Origin: Paracoccaceae bacterium
GTDB lineage: Bacteria > Pseudomonadota > Alphaproteobacteria > Rhodobacterales > Rhodobacteraceae
Direction: 5' to 3'
NCBI GenBank assembly: GCA_963669265.1
Contig: OY769916.1
Location: 757,973 to 821,972, forward strand
Length of the DNA: 64,000 nucleotides
In this document: positions 8,150 through 17,429 of the stretch, piece after piece
Position numbering within the stretch: position 1 is the first letter of the stretch
Layout: each line of letters opens with the position of its first letter
The notes under the pieces: model-generated
Databases searched by the model: none
What the model was told of the DNA's origin: nothing
What the model saw: only the letters and a program-made list of their open reading frames with translations
Program-made: the position numbers and the translations under genes

Positions 8150-10870
8150 TCACGGGTTCAGAGCTTTGTATTTCGCGTAGGCTTCCGCCGCCCGCTCTTT
8201 CAGCTTCGCGATCTGCGGGTCCGGATAGGCGACCTGATCGAGCAGCTCGACCGCGACGCGCAGCTTCTCCGCCTCGATCGGCCGCATATCCTTGGGCTCT
8301 TTCGAGAGGGTCTTCAGAACGCTGCCGGTCAGCTCATTCCGCGAGGTCCTCAGACCATAGGCGTTCTCGGTGACGAAATCGGCGATCAGCATCTTCTTGA
8401 TGCCGGAATTCTGCGCCTTGTACTTCTTGTCGAGCCGAGACTTCAGCGTACTCAGATCTCCCGCCGTCATGCCGAATTGGGATTCGCGGCCCGACTGTTT
8501 GTTGAAGCGCTGCAGGCGGTTCTTCTTGAACCCCGCGGCCGCCGCGCCCAACCGGTCGAAATTCCGCGCCATCTGGGCCGAGTCTTTCTTGTTCGCCGAG
8601 CTGAACGCGTCCTTGATCGTGTCGCGCACAGCCTGGAAATTCTCCTTGCTGAGGCGGAAAGTCGGCCTTGGCGTGTGTTTCGTCATCAGCGCGTCGGCCT
8701 CTTTGAGGTTGCTGAAGGCCGAGTTCAATCCGGCGACATGTTTCTTCATCATCTCGATTTCACGAGACGTCGCAAAATCCAGGTCGTTCTCCTGCACCAT
8801 GTTCACCGGCGCTCCGGCGCCATAGGCGACCGGGCCGGCCGGTTTGGGGTCGATTGGAGGCTGATGAGGCTCTATGGAAGATTGATTGTCGATGGACACG
8901 GACGGATCGTCGTTGAGCGCAGCGGCGAAATCGAAACCCTTGTCGTGCATATCTTTGCGATCAATGTTGCCCCGGTCAGCCGCCTGCTTACGAGCGGGAT
9001 TTAGGCTGTTTGAATACTCGTCGTCGAAGTCGTCGCTGATCGACACTTTATTGACTCCGCCAGCGACGATGTTCTCGATATGATCGTCGTCCAAAGCGTT
9101 CTGATTGACGTTAGAGAGGTCGTCATCGATGTTCACCGGCGCCGCGCCCGGATCGCCGAACTCGCTTTTGACCTGCGGCGTTGGCATGAGATTCGGGGTC
9201 GGATCCCAAAGGATATCCTTTGAATAGCCGTGCTGATCGCCATGCGCATTCACGTCGACGACCTGGCCCTGCATTTTGCCCGCCAGCCGGATCAGAGAGC
9301 CCGCCGCCGCATTGCAGTTGCCGTCATTGCGCAGGCGGTTCTTCTTCTGCGACGTGCCTTGTCTGAGCTTGCTGGCCGCTTTTGAAAAATTGCTCTTGTC
9401 GTTCGGCGCCACCACGATCGCCTTGTAGCGGCGGTTATTGATCACGGCGTCCTTCTTGGGCCCGGTGTTGTCGCGATGGATATCGGGCATGACCGGCTGT
9501 TCAGGGCGCGGGGCGTTGTCGCGCGGATATTTCTTTTTCACGTCCACGTCTTTGGGAGATTTGACGTTGTCGGGAACGACCGGCGCATAGTTTTCTTCCC
9601 GGATGTAGGCCTCGGCCCGAGTCATCCGGTCTTCGAGATCCGCGACGAAATCATCGACGCTCAAATCTCCGTCCAGCGGTTCGTCGAATTCCGGAGCGAA
9701 TATCGTGCCGTCCATGATGCGTTCTTTTTCGTCCAGATAATTCTGCGCCATCCACTGCTGGCGTTGAGCGTCAATCACGTCCGTCGCCTTGACGTCTTTC
9801 GCTTCGTTCAGGTGGAGCGCTTCGTAGAATTCAGGATCTTCGAACAGGCGCGCGTCCTGCTCGGCGAGCGTTTTTGGATTGTCGACCCACTCCGGATCCT
9901 TCTCATACGTGACCACGCGGGAGTTGCCGTATTGGTCGACATTGTCGAGCGACGTGGCGTATTTCGGGTCCAGAACCTTTACGTCCTTCTCGGTATTGAA
10001 CTTGTTGATCGACTGCGTACCGCGGATCTGCGTCGGCCCCGTAAGCGCGCCCTTTCCGGAACTCGCGCCGCCGGAAGAGGAGGAATTCTCCTGCCTGCCG
10101 TTCAGAATATCGTACAATTTAGCCGCCTCGAAGTTCACTTCGACTTGCAGCGATCGATAGTGATCCTTGAACCTTTTCGCGTTCATGACGCCGTGCGGTT
10201 TGACCCGCTGAAGCTCCAGCCGCATCCGCTCGGCGAAGAACGCCCGGTGAAAATCGGCGAAAGTGCGGAATTTCATCGTGCCGCCGCCGTCCCGCGCCCG
10301 AATGTTTCGCAAGGCGGTGGGGGTATGGGGCGAGAATGTGCCCGGCTTCTCTCGCACTATTTTCTCAAGCTTCGCGTTCAGATTGACGCCCTGATATTTC
10401 GCGGACGAACCGTAGGAGAAAATCTTGGCGCCCTTGGATTTAGGGCCTTCGTCGCCCAGGCCCGGCTCTCCGATCGCCACGAATCCATGGAACTTCCTTT
10501 TCTTCTTAATTTTTGGGTCTTTGGCCTGCTCGACGTTGCCGACGCCAAGCGCGCGCGCCGCCAGATAGACCGGCACTTTCTTGAGTTTGACTTTCTGAAG
10601 GTCCTGCGAGGAGATCTGATCGGCGCGGTCGCTGCCATGCGCATTTTGGGGAACGCCCGCGGCGCCGTCGAGATCGTCATTGTCCAGCTCCGCGATCGAC
10701 TGCTCCATCAAAGACTGGCCGGTCTTCAGTTGAATGGCGTTGTTCTGGCCAATCATGCTGCCGGATTGTTTTCGGTTTTCGACGTTGATTTGATCGGAGG
10801 ATGAAGAGACCGACGAACTGCTGCTCACGCTGATGCTTGGACGGCCGATATTGATGTTGTTGTCAGCCAT
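8150..10870 (-). CDS. Large (906 aa) candidate secreted effector, no domain recognised
   Basis: Strong SD 'aggagga' upstream of ATG 10870. The gene sits 42 nt downstream of a chaperone-like gene. The N-terminus is Ser-rich ('MADNNINIGRPSISVSSSSSVSSSSDQINVENRKQSGS') with no Sec signal. The protein is highly charged and polar with a basic cluster 'KIKKKRK'. GC is lower than in the core. Confidence 0.7.
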   Translation of the reverse strand: MADNNINIGRPSISVSSSSSVSSSSDQINVENRKQSGSMIGQNNAIQLKTGQSLMEQSIAELDNDDLDGAAGVPQNAHGSDRADQISSQDLQKVKLKKVPVYLAARALGVGNVEQAKDPKIKKKRKFHGFVAIGEPGLGDEGPKSKGAKIFSYGSSAKYQGVNLNAKLEKIVREKPGTFSPHTPTALRNIRARDGGGTMKFRTFADFHRAFFAERMRLELQRVKPHGVMNAKRFKDHYRSLQVEVNFEAAKLYDILNGRQENSSSSGGASSGKGALTGPTQIRGTQSINKFNTEKDVKVLDPKYATSLDNVDQYGNSRVVTYEKDPEWVDNPKTLAEQDARLFEDPEFYEALHLNEAKDVKATDVIDAQRQQWMAQNYLDEKERIMDGTIFAPEFDEPLDGDLSVDDFVADLEDRMTRAEAYIREENYAPVVPDNVKSPKDVDVKKKYPRDNAPRPEQPVMPDIHRDNTGPKKDAVINNRRYKAIVVAPNDKSNFSKAASKLRQGTSQKKNRLRNDGNCNAAAGSLIRLAGKMQGQVVDVNAHGDQHGYSKDILWDPTPNLMPTPQVKSEFGDPGAAPVNIDDDLSNVNQNALDDDHIENIVAGGVNKVSISDDFDDEYSNSLNPARKQAADRGNIDRKDMHDKGFDFAAALNDDPSVSIDNQSSIEPHQPPIDPKPAGPVAYGAGAPVNMVQENDLDFATSREIEMMKKHVAGLNSAFSNLKEADALMTKHTPRPTFRLSKENFQAVRDTIKDAFSSANKKDSAQMARNFDRLGAAAAGFKKNRLQRFNKQSGRESQFGMTAGDLSTLKSRLDKKYKAQNSGIKKMLIADFVTENAYGLRTSRNELTGSVLKTLSKEPKDMRPIEAEKLRVAVELLDQVAYPDPQIAKLKERAAEAYAKYKALNP

Positions 10871-10912
10871 GATGGCATCCTCCTAATGAACGCAGGCGTC
10901 CCTTATATGGGT

Positions 10913-11425
10913 TCAGACCAGGTCCGATTTCAGACCGGCGTCGGACGAATCCGTAGAATCGGCCGCCGCATCGAACGCCGCGCGGGCGTTGTTGGCCGTG
11001 GTCTCGATCAGAATTCGCCAGACATCCGTGGATTCGATCACCGCCTCCACCGCCTCGGCGATGTTGCGGGGCGACACATAGGGCTTGGCGACGATGAGGG
11101 ACGCGACCACGATTTCCTCCGCCGTCAAGCCAAAGATCATCCCCCCCGTGGCGTGCGGGCGGGCGTTGAGCGCCATAAGATCATGGACGACGCCATCAAG
11201 CTCCGGCCCTGAGAGGCGGGCGATCATGGCGGTGATCAGCACCCCGTTGATCGCTGGCTGCGCCTCAACGGTCAACGCACGGTCGCCGATGGCGAGAACG
11301 ATGCTGCCATCTTCCTGAACCACGTCCGGCGAGCGCATGTCGCCCAACCCTAGAACGGAGAGGAATTCATCGGTCTCAGCGTCGCTCGCGAAGGGTCCAA
11401 TGGTCGCGCGCTCAGTGTCGGTCAT
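10913..11425 (-). CDS. Small acidic type III secretion class I chaperone-like protein (CesT/SycE-like)
   Basis: 170 aa: 'DVVQEDGSIVLAIGDRALTVEAQPAINGVLITAMIARLSGPELDGVVHDLMALNARPHATGGMIFGLTAEEIVVASLIV...AVIESTDVWRILI'. The layout matches the 5068 and 61730/62273 genes, and it lies immediately upstream of the 906-aa ORF. Confidence 0.55.
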   Translation of the reverse strand: MTDTERATIGPFASDAETDEFLSVLGLGDMRSPDVVQEDGSIVLAIGDRALTVEAQPAINGVLITAMIARLSGPELDGVVHDLMALNARPHATGGMIFGLTAEEIVVASLIVAKPYVSPRNIAEAVEAVIESTDVWRILIETTANNARAAFDAAADSTDSSDAGLKSDLV

Positions 11426-11817
11426 ATGTTTCTTCCGCCCTGTAAGCCTTCGGTGTTTCCGTCTCTTCCCGGCATGTCATCATATCATGGATTGCGGCCT
11501 CTCAGTGACCACGGCGCCGCGCTCCATGAACGCTGGAAAACCAAACCCATTCTTTGAGTTAGGAGCCCCGGCAGCTCCTCTCAAGCATAGATCCATCCGC
11601 GAAGGGGCGCGCCCTTCCCGCTTCGCTCCGCATGGCGTCAAAGGATACATTCGTTAGCGCCGCCGAATTCGGACGATTGTCGGTCCGGATCAGCCCTGAC
11701 TCGCCATGCAAAAACTGCAAATCGGTCCTGCGTTTTTTGTGACTGTAAAAGCGCGTCGCGACTCCTTATTTGCATGCGCGAAACCCACTCAGATTCGAGT
11801 GTGAAGGAGACACGGCC

Positions 11818-11970
11818 ATGATTGCTAAAATTCTCGAGAAATTCGCCTCTTGGCGCAAAGCCCAGGCTATCGCGAAAGACCTCTGGTCGCTCGACGACCG
11901 GGAACTGAACGACCTCGGGTTCGGACGCGGTCAGATCGCCTCGATCGCTCGCCACAGCGTCGCGCACTGA
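11818..11970 (+). CDS. DUF1127-family small protein
   Basis: 50 aa from ATG 11818 with SD 'gaaggaga'. 'WRKAQAIAKDLWSLDDRELNDLGFGRGQIASIAR' matches the DUF1127 signature (L.D+.L.DIG..R..I). A strong terminator follows. Confidence 0.75.
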   Translation: MIAKILEKFASWRKAQAIAKDLWSLDDRELNDLGFGRGQIASIARHSVAH

Positions 11971-12031
11971 GGCGCACTATTCGGCCCGACCCATGCGGTC
12001 GCGCCGAACTAAACGACGCCCCGAAAACAGA

Positions 12032-12070
12032 TTGGCCGCCGGAGCGTATCCGGCGGCCAATTTCTTTCTT
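12032..12070 (+). terminator. Rho-independent terminator
   Basis: Perfect 11-bp stem 'ttggccgccgg-agcgtat-ccggcggccaa' followed by 'tttctttctt'. It is preceded by an A-rich run, so it could act bidirectionally for the convergent ABC ATPase gene. Confidence 0.75.
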
Positions 12071-12117
12071 AAATGGCGCGTCTTGTCCGCGCGCCGATCC
12101 GGTCCTGCGAGATCGCC

Positions 12118-12903
12118 TTAGACGGTGCCGCCCAGGCTGCCTTCCAGCGCGACCAGCTCCTGCCCGCCGGCCATCATGTCCTGCAGTTCTTCGGGCGTGA
12201 TCTCGCCCCGCACGGCCGTGCCCAGCGTCTTCCCGCGATTGAGAACAGTGAACCGATCGCCCACCGCCATCGCGTGACGGACGTTGTGGGTGATGAACAC
12301 CACCGCGATCCCCTGTTTGCGGACCCGGTCGATGGTGGCCAGCACGTTGGCCGTCTGCCGGACGCCCAGCGCGGAGGTCGGCTCATCAAGGATCAGCACC
12401 TTCGCGCCGAAATAAACCGCCCGCGCAATGGCGACGGTCTGGCGTTCACCGCCCGACAACGTGCCCACCGCCTGATCAGGACCACGCAGGTTGATGCCCA
12501 TCTTGCGCATCTCTTCCATCGTGATCTTGTTGGCGTGGTCATGGTCGAAGAAGTTGATCGGCCCGACCTTGCGGAGCGGCTCATTCCCCATAAAGAAGTT
12601 TCGGCTGACGGACATCAGGGGGATCATCGCCAGATGCTGATGCACCGTGGCGATCCCGGCGGCGATAGCGTCGCGAGGATCGTCAAAATGCAGCGGCTTG
12701 CCTTCGAAATAAATCTCTCCGGCCGTCGGCTGGTGCACGCCCGACATGGTCTTGATGAAGGTCGACTTGCCAGCGCCGTTATCACCTAGCAGACAATGGC
12801 ATTCGCCGGGATAGACGTTCACCGAAACGCCCGCCAGCGCGATCACGCTGCCGAAATGCTTCTCGATGTCCTTCATCTCGATGATGGCGTCTTGATCGGT
12901 CAT
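12118..12903 (-). CDS. Sugar ABC transporter ATP-binding protein (single NBD, CUT2/FrcA-like)
   Basis: Walker A 'GDNGAGKST', signature 'LSGGERQ', Walker B 'VLILDEPT'. It is the last gene of the SBP-permease-ATPase operon. Confidence 0.9.
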   Translation of the reverse strand: MTDQDAIIEMKDIEKHFGSVIALAGVSVNVYPGECHCLLGDNGAGKSTFIKTMSGVHQPTAGEIYFEGKPLHFDDPRDAIAAGIATVHQHLAMIPLMSVSRNFFMGNEPLRKVGPINFFDHDHANKITMEEMRKMGINLRGPDQAVGTLSGGERQTVAIARAVYFGAKVLILDEPTSALGVRQTANVLATIDRVRKQGIAVVFITHNVRHAMAVGDRFTVLNRGKTLGTAVRGEITPEELQDMMAGGQELVALEGSLGGTV

Positions 12904-12904
12904 C

Positions 12905-14029
12905 TTATCTCTCCCCCGTAATCATCCGACGGATGTACGTGTTCAGGATCACCGCAAAGAGCAGGATGAGCCCCAGGAACACCCGGAAGAGCGAGCTTTC
13001 GACCCCGGCGAAGAACAGGCCTTGCTGCACCACGCCAAAGATCAATGCGCCCAGCGCCGCGCCGATGACGGAGCCGTATCCGCCTGTCAGAAGCGCGCCG
13101 CCGATCACCACCGCGATGATCGCCTCGAACTCCTTCAACAAGCCTCGATCGGCACCGGCGGATCCAAACTCCATCACCTGACAGGTGGCGAAGACGGTCG
13201 CGCAGAAGGCTGTGAACATGAACATCAGGATCTTCACGCGGTTGACCGGAACGCCCGAGTTGCGCGCCGCCTCGGCGTCGCCGCCAGAAGCGAAGATCCA
13301 GTTGCCGAACTTAGTCTTGGTCAGCAGCACATGGCCAAAGATGATCAAGACGATCGCCCAGACGATCAGCATGGGAATGCCGTCGACCACCGGCTGTCCG
13401 GCGCGCGATCCACGCTCAAACGTAGCGATGATCCCCACATCCCCCATCCAACTGAATGCGCCCGTCAGGATCTTGCCGCCAAAGAGCAAGGCCAGCCAGT
13501 CGCCCTCGGCCGCGTCCTTGATGCCGCCGATGATGGTCTTGCGCTCGATCGTCTGCGGAAAGTAGATCGTGAAGCCGCGCAGGATGAACAGGAAGGCCAG
13601 CGTTACGATGAAGCTTGGCAGCCCGGTGCGTACGACGATGTAGCCGTTCAGCGCGCCGATCGCCAGCGCCAGCGCGAAGGTGACGATAATGGCCATCCAG
13701 ACCGGCCAGCCCAGCGTGACGCTGAAAATGGCGATCATCATGCCCGCGAAACCAATCATTGAACCGACTGACAGATCGAACTCACCGGCGATCATCAACA
13801 AACACGCGCCGACGGCGATGATCATGAATTGAGCCGACACCTGGCTCCAGTTCATCACGCCCTGACTGTTGAACATGCCGCTATCTGAGGCGAACAACAG
13901 GAACAAAAGAAATACGACAGCCGTGCCGACGATGCCGCCCAGTTCGGGACGGATCAGGGCTTCGCGAAATCGAGAGCGTGTCTTAATTCGCTCATCGCCC
14001 CCTGCGGGGGTAGTGGATGCTTCGGACAT
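12905..14029 (-). CDS. Sugar ABC transporter permease (CUT2 family)
   Basis: 374-aa polytopic membrane protein, typical of ribose/fructose-type permeases. It is adjacent to the ATPase gene (1-nt gap). Confidence 0.88.
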   Translation of the reverse strand: MSEASTTPAGGDERIKTRSRFREALIRPELGGIVGTAVVFLLFLLFASDSGMFNSQGVMNWSQVSAQFMIIAVGACLLMIAGEFDLSVGSMIGFAGMMIAIFSVTLGWPVWMAIIVTFALALAIGALNGYIVVRTGLPSFIVTLAFLFILRGFTIYFPQTIERKTIIGGIKDAAEGDWLALLFGGKILTGAFSWMGDVGIIATFERGSRAGQPVVDGIPMLIVWAIVLIIFGHVLLTKTKFGNWIFASGGDAEAARNSGVPVNRVKILMFMFTAFCATVFATCQVMEFGSAGADRGLLKEFEAIIAVVIGGALLTGGYGSVIGAALGALIFGVVQQGLFFAGVESSLFRVFLGLILLFAVILNTYIRRMITGER

Positions 14030-14060
14030 ATTCGCCTCGTGCAGCTGGGTCTCTAGAACG

Positions 14061-14093
14061 AAAAAGGGGCGACCGGTCGAAACCAGCCGCCCC
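14061..14093 (-). terminator. Intercistronic hairpin with U-tract after the binding-protein gene (partial terminator/attenuator)
   Basis: Minus-strand transcript reads 'GGGGCG-gctggtttcgaccggt-CGCCCC-TTTTT', starting 14 nt after the SBP stop codon. Confidence 0.5.
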
Positions 14094-14106
14094 GTTCAGG
14101 AGGAAG

Positions 14107-15060
14107 TTAGCGGTATTCGCCGGCGAATTTTTCGACCAGCTCAAGCGCTTCCGCCGTCACGAAACCCGGGCCCGAGTTGATGTTGTTGCCCGGCAGCACC
14201 CCATAGCGGTGATAGTTCGCCAGAACCACGACCGGCAGATAGGCCTGCAGGAACGGCTGCTGGTCGATGCCCCACTGGATGGTGCCCGCCTTGATGCCTT
14301 TGACGATCTCTTCGCCGAGATCAAATGTGCCGAAATAGATGTCGCCGGCCATTCCGTTTTCGTCCAGCGCCAACATGGTCGGGTCGGCCGAAACCGGACC
14401 CAGCGTCAGGATGGCGTCGGTGTCCGGGTTGGAGGAGAGATAGGCCTGCACCTTGTTCTTGACCTCCGCCGGGTCGGCGCCGCTGTCGAGCATCGAGTTG
14501 CCCAGCTCAACGCCCAGACCATCGGCGAAGCCCTGGCAACGCTCAGCCAGAGTCGGCTGTTGGATCGAGTGGTTCACGCAGAGGAACGACTTGATGCCGT
14601 CGCCCTTGGCGCGCAGTCCCGCCGCGTAGCCTGCATCGTATTCCGGCTGACCGACATACATTAGCGCGCCCAACTCGCGCGCCTGATCCGGCGTGCCGGT
14701 GTTCATGATGATCACATCGACGCCCGCGTCGACCGCGTTCATGATCGGGCCCTTGAGCACGTCATAATCGGCGATGGTGGTGATGATGCCGTTGGGCCCG
14801 CTGGCGGCCGCCTGTTCGATGATCCGCGCCATGTCGGCCAGATCGCCGGTCGGCGGGTTGCGGTACTCGACCTCGACGCCCATCTGCTCGCCGGCCAGCG
14901 CGATGCCGTTCTTGACCGTGTTCCACCACGTGTCGCTGTCAGGCGCGTGGCTGACGAGAATATACTTCTCGCCTTCCGCGGACGCGCTCGTCGCCACAGT
15001 CATCAACGGCGCAGCGACCAAGGCCGTCGCCATCGCCAGATTTCTCATCAGTGATTTCAT
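14107..15060 (-). CDS. Periplasmic sugar-binding protein (CUT2 ABC transporter)
   Basis: 317 aa. Signal peptide 'MKSLMRNLAMATALVAAPLMTVATSASA'. Type I periplasmic binding fold motifs are present. It is the first gene of the ABC operon. Confidence 0.88.
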   Translation of the reverse strand: MKSLMRNLAMATALVAAPLMTVATSASAEGEKYILVSHAPDSDTWWNTVKNGIALAGEQMGVEVEYRNPPTGDLADMARIIEQAAASGPNGIITTIADYDVLKGPIMNAVDAGVDVIIMNTGTPDQARELGALMYVGQPEYDAGYAAGLRAKGDGIKSFLCVNHSIQQPTLAERCQGFADGLGVELGNSMLDSGADPAEVKNKVQAYLSSNPDTDAILTLGPVSADPTMLALDENGMAGDIYFGTFDLGEEIVKGIKAGTIQWGIDQQPFLQAYLPVVVLANYHRYGVLPGNNINSGPGFVTAEALELVEKFAGEYR

Positions 15061-15145
15061 GATGTCCTCCCAAGACTCACTTGTGCTGTGGGTAATGGAC
15101 AGGTTGGCCCTGCCCCTCCGAAAATCGTTAAACCATACTCATCCA

Positions 15146-15169
15146 AAAATTGCAACCGGTTGCAATTTT
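15146..15169. promoter_or_regulatory. Perfect 24-bp palindrome, LacI-family operator candidate
   Basis: AAAATTGCAACCGGTTGCAATTTT lies in the divergent intergenic region between the SBP gene and the LacI-family gene. The core TGCAACCGGTTGCA fits the generic LacI/GalR operator shape (TGNAANCGNTTNCA). The same 16-bp core recurs at 19474-19489. Confidence 0.6.
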
Positions 15170-15232
15170 GATCGACCTCGGCCATTCTGCGATCTTGTTT
15201 TGGCGGATTGAGGGCTCGGGGGCTGCATCGGC

Positions 15233-16252
15233 ATGGCCGTCACGTTGAAAGAGGTCGCACAGCGCGCCGGAGTGTCCCGCTCCGCCGTTTCGCGCACTTT
15301 CACGCATGGCGCCTCCGTCTCCGAAAAGATGCGTCGCCGCGTGGAGCGCGCCGCGCGCGAACTGGGCTACAGCCCCAACGCTCTGGCCTCCTCATTGACC
15401 ACTGGGCGCACGAAGCTGATCGGTCTCGTCTCGAACAACTTTCATAATCCGATTTTCCTGGAAGTCTTCGATCTTTTCACGCGCGGGCTTCAGGATCGCG
15501 GGCTACGCCCTCTGCTGGTTAACCTGACGAATGAGACCGCCCCGGAAAATTCGGTGCGTATGCTTCGGCAATACTCGGTTGATGGCGTGGTTGTCGCCTC
15601 ATCGACCCTGCCGCCAGGCTTCTCCAAGGCGTTTCGCGACGCCAATGTGCCGGTCGTGCATTCCTTCGGGCGCTATTCATCCGCGCCGCAGGTCCACATC
15701 GTCAGCATAGACAACGTCGAGTGCGGGCGCATGGTCGCGCGCACCCTCGTCGCCCGCGGATATGAGCGGGTCGCCTTTCTCGGCGGGCCGGAGAGCGCGA
15801 CGTCGACGCAAGACCGTTTCGCGGGGTTCATGTCGGAGATGTCGCTACATCCCCAGGTGAAAACGACGCATACCTTCGCCGACGCCTATTCCTTCGACGC
15901 TGGGCGCAACGAGATGCTGCGTCTGCTGCAGAGCGAGCCGGCTGAGGCCTATTTCTGCGGCGACGACGTGCTCTCGATCGGTGCTCTGTCGGCCATCGAA
16001 AGCAGCGGGTTATCCGTACCAGACGATATCGGCATCATCGGCCTCAACGATATGGAGATGGCGCGGTGGGAGAACATCAACCTCACCACCATCCACCAGC
16101 CGATCCGGGAGATCATCACATCCTCGATCGAACTGATCGTCGCGATGCTGGACGAGCCGGACCGCTATCCCGAAGCCCGCATATTCCCCAGTTCAGTGGT
16201 TGAGAGGGGCACGTTGAGGCCCCTCCCCGACAACGCTCCGTCGACCGGCTGA
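15233..16252 (+). CDS. LacI-family transcriptional regulator
   Basis: N-terminal HTH 'VTLKEVAQRAGVSRSAVSRTFTHGASVSEKMRRRVERAARELGYSPNALASSL' plus a periplasmic-binding-like effector domain. Confidence 0.9.
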   Translation: MAVTLKEVAQRAGVSRSAVSRTFTHGASVSEKMRRRVERAARELGYSPNALASSLTTGRTKLIGLVSNNFHNPIFLEVFDLFTRGLQDRGLRPLLVNLTNETAPENSVRMLRQYSVDGVVVASSTLPPGFSKAFRDANVPVVHSFGRYSSAPQVHIVSIDNVECGRMVARTLVARGYERVAFLGGPESATSTQDRFAGFMSEMSLHPQVKTTHTFADAYSFDAGRNEMLRLLQSEPAEAYFCGDDVLSIGALSAIESSGLSVPDDIGIIGLNDMEMARWENINLTTIHQPIREIITSSIELIVAMLDEPDRYPEARIFPSSVVERGTLRPLPDNAPSTG

Positions 16253-16259
16253 CGGTTCG

Positions 16260-17417
16260 TCAGCGAAACATCGGCGGACGGGCGTCGACCCATATGCCGT
16301 CGGCTCCGCCGCTCTCCGCAACGGCGAAGACGGCCGCCATCGACCGCAGCCCATCCTCGGCGCGCGGAAAGAGATCCGCCGCCGGTTCGACGTCGCGTCC
16401 CTCCTGACCAGCCCGGATCGCTTCGGCCAGATTGCTGTAGATATTGGCGAAGGCGGAGGTGAACCCCTCCGAATGTCCGATGGTGGAGCGGCTGGCGAGA
16501 TCCGCCTCCGGGCTCAGATTGGCCTCGCCGCGCTCGATCACCTGCAACCGCTCGCCCAGCGGCATCCAGTAAAGCTGGTTAGGCTGCTCCTGAGACCAGC
16601 GCAATCCTCCTTTCTCACCAAAGACTTGTATGGCCAATCCGTGCTGGCGCCCCACCGCGACAGAGGAGGTCCACAGTCGCCCGACCGCGCCGCCATCCAT
16701 GCGGAAATTGACCATCGCGTCGTCTTCCAACTCGCGGCTCTCGATGCAGCTGACCGTATCGGCCGAGAGCTTGGTGATCTCCTGTTGAAGCACGAAACTC
16801 GCCAGATGCAGGGCGTGAATGCCGCAATCAGCGAATTGCGCGGAGACGCCCGCCTGCGCCGGATCATACCGCCACCGAACGCGCGGGTTGTCGGCGTCGG
16901 CCGCGTCCGCATGATGCCCGTGAGAAAATTCGGTTTTGACAAGTCGAACCCGCCCAAGATCGCCGCGCGCCACCATCGCGCGCATGTGGCGCACCAGCGC
17001 GTATCCGGTATAGCCGTAGTTCACCGCGCAGATGCGACCGGTCGCCCGTGAGAGCCTCACGATCTCTTCGCCCTCTTCGACCGTCATCGTCATCGGCTTT
17101 TCGCAGAGAACATGAAAGCCCTTCTCCAGAAACGCCTTGGAGATCTCAAAGTGGGAGGCGTTGGGCGTCGCGACCGTAACCAGATCGACCCGGTCATCGC
17201 GCGCCGCCTCGCCCGCCAGCATCTCGCGCCAGTCGCCATAGGACCGGTCGGCGGCGAGACCCAGCTTCTGACCATAGGCGCGCCCGACATCGGGACGGTG
17301 ATCCAGTGCGCCGGCCGCGAATTCAAAATGCCCGTCTAGCCCGGAGGCCAAACGATGAACCGGTCCGATCTGGCTGCCTTCGCCGCCGCCGATCATGCCC
17401 CATTTCAGTTTTTCCAT
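16260..17417 (-). CDS. Gfo/Idh/MocA-family NAD(P)-dependent oxidoreductase
   Basis: 'KWGMIGGGEGSQIG' Rossmann N-terminus and the 'VLCEKPM' family motif. Confidence 0.85.
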   Translation of the reverse strand: MEKLKWGMIGGGEGSQIGPVHRLASGLDGHFEFAAGALDHRPDVGRAYGQKLGLAADRSYGDWREMLAGEAARDDRVDLVTVATPNASHFEISKAFLEKGFHVLCEKPMTMTVEEGEEIVRLSRATGRICAVNYGYTGYALVRHMRAMVARGDLGRVRLVKTEFSHGHHADAADADNPRVRWRYDPAQAGVSAQFADCGIHALHLASFVLQQEITKLSADTVSCIESRELEDDAMVNFRMDGGAVGRLWTSSVAVGRQHGLAIQVFGEKGGLRWSQEQPNQLYWMPLGERLQVIERGEANLSPEADLASRSTIGHSEGFTSAFANIYSNLAEAIRAGQEGRDVEPAADLFPRAEDGLRSMAAVFAVAESGGADGIWVDARPPMFR

Positions 17418-17429
17418 GACGACCGTCCC

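Noticed and set aside
9220-9330. 'NDGNCNAAAGSLIRLA...VNAHGDQHGY' in the 906-aa ORF as a possible Cys-His protease/deamidase active site (YopT/CHAP-like G-x-C-x-A)
   Set aside because: The Cys-to-His spacing (~25 aa) is too short for the papain-like effector families I know, and there is no supporting flanking conservation. This is too speculative without a profile or structure search.
9476-10804. 442-aa plus-strand ORF
   Set aside because: It is antisense to the 906-aa ORF, Arg/Val/Phe/Leu-rich, with no SD or motif. The minus-strand ORF has a strong SD and operon context.
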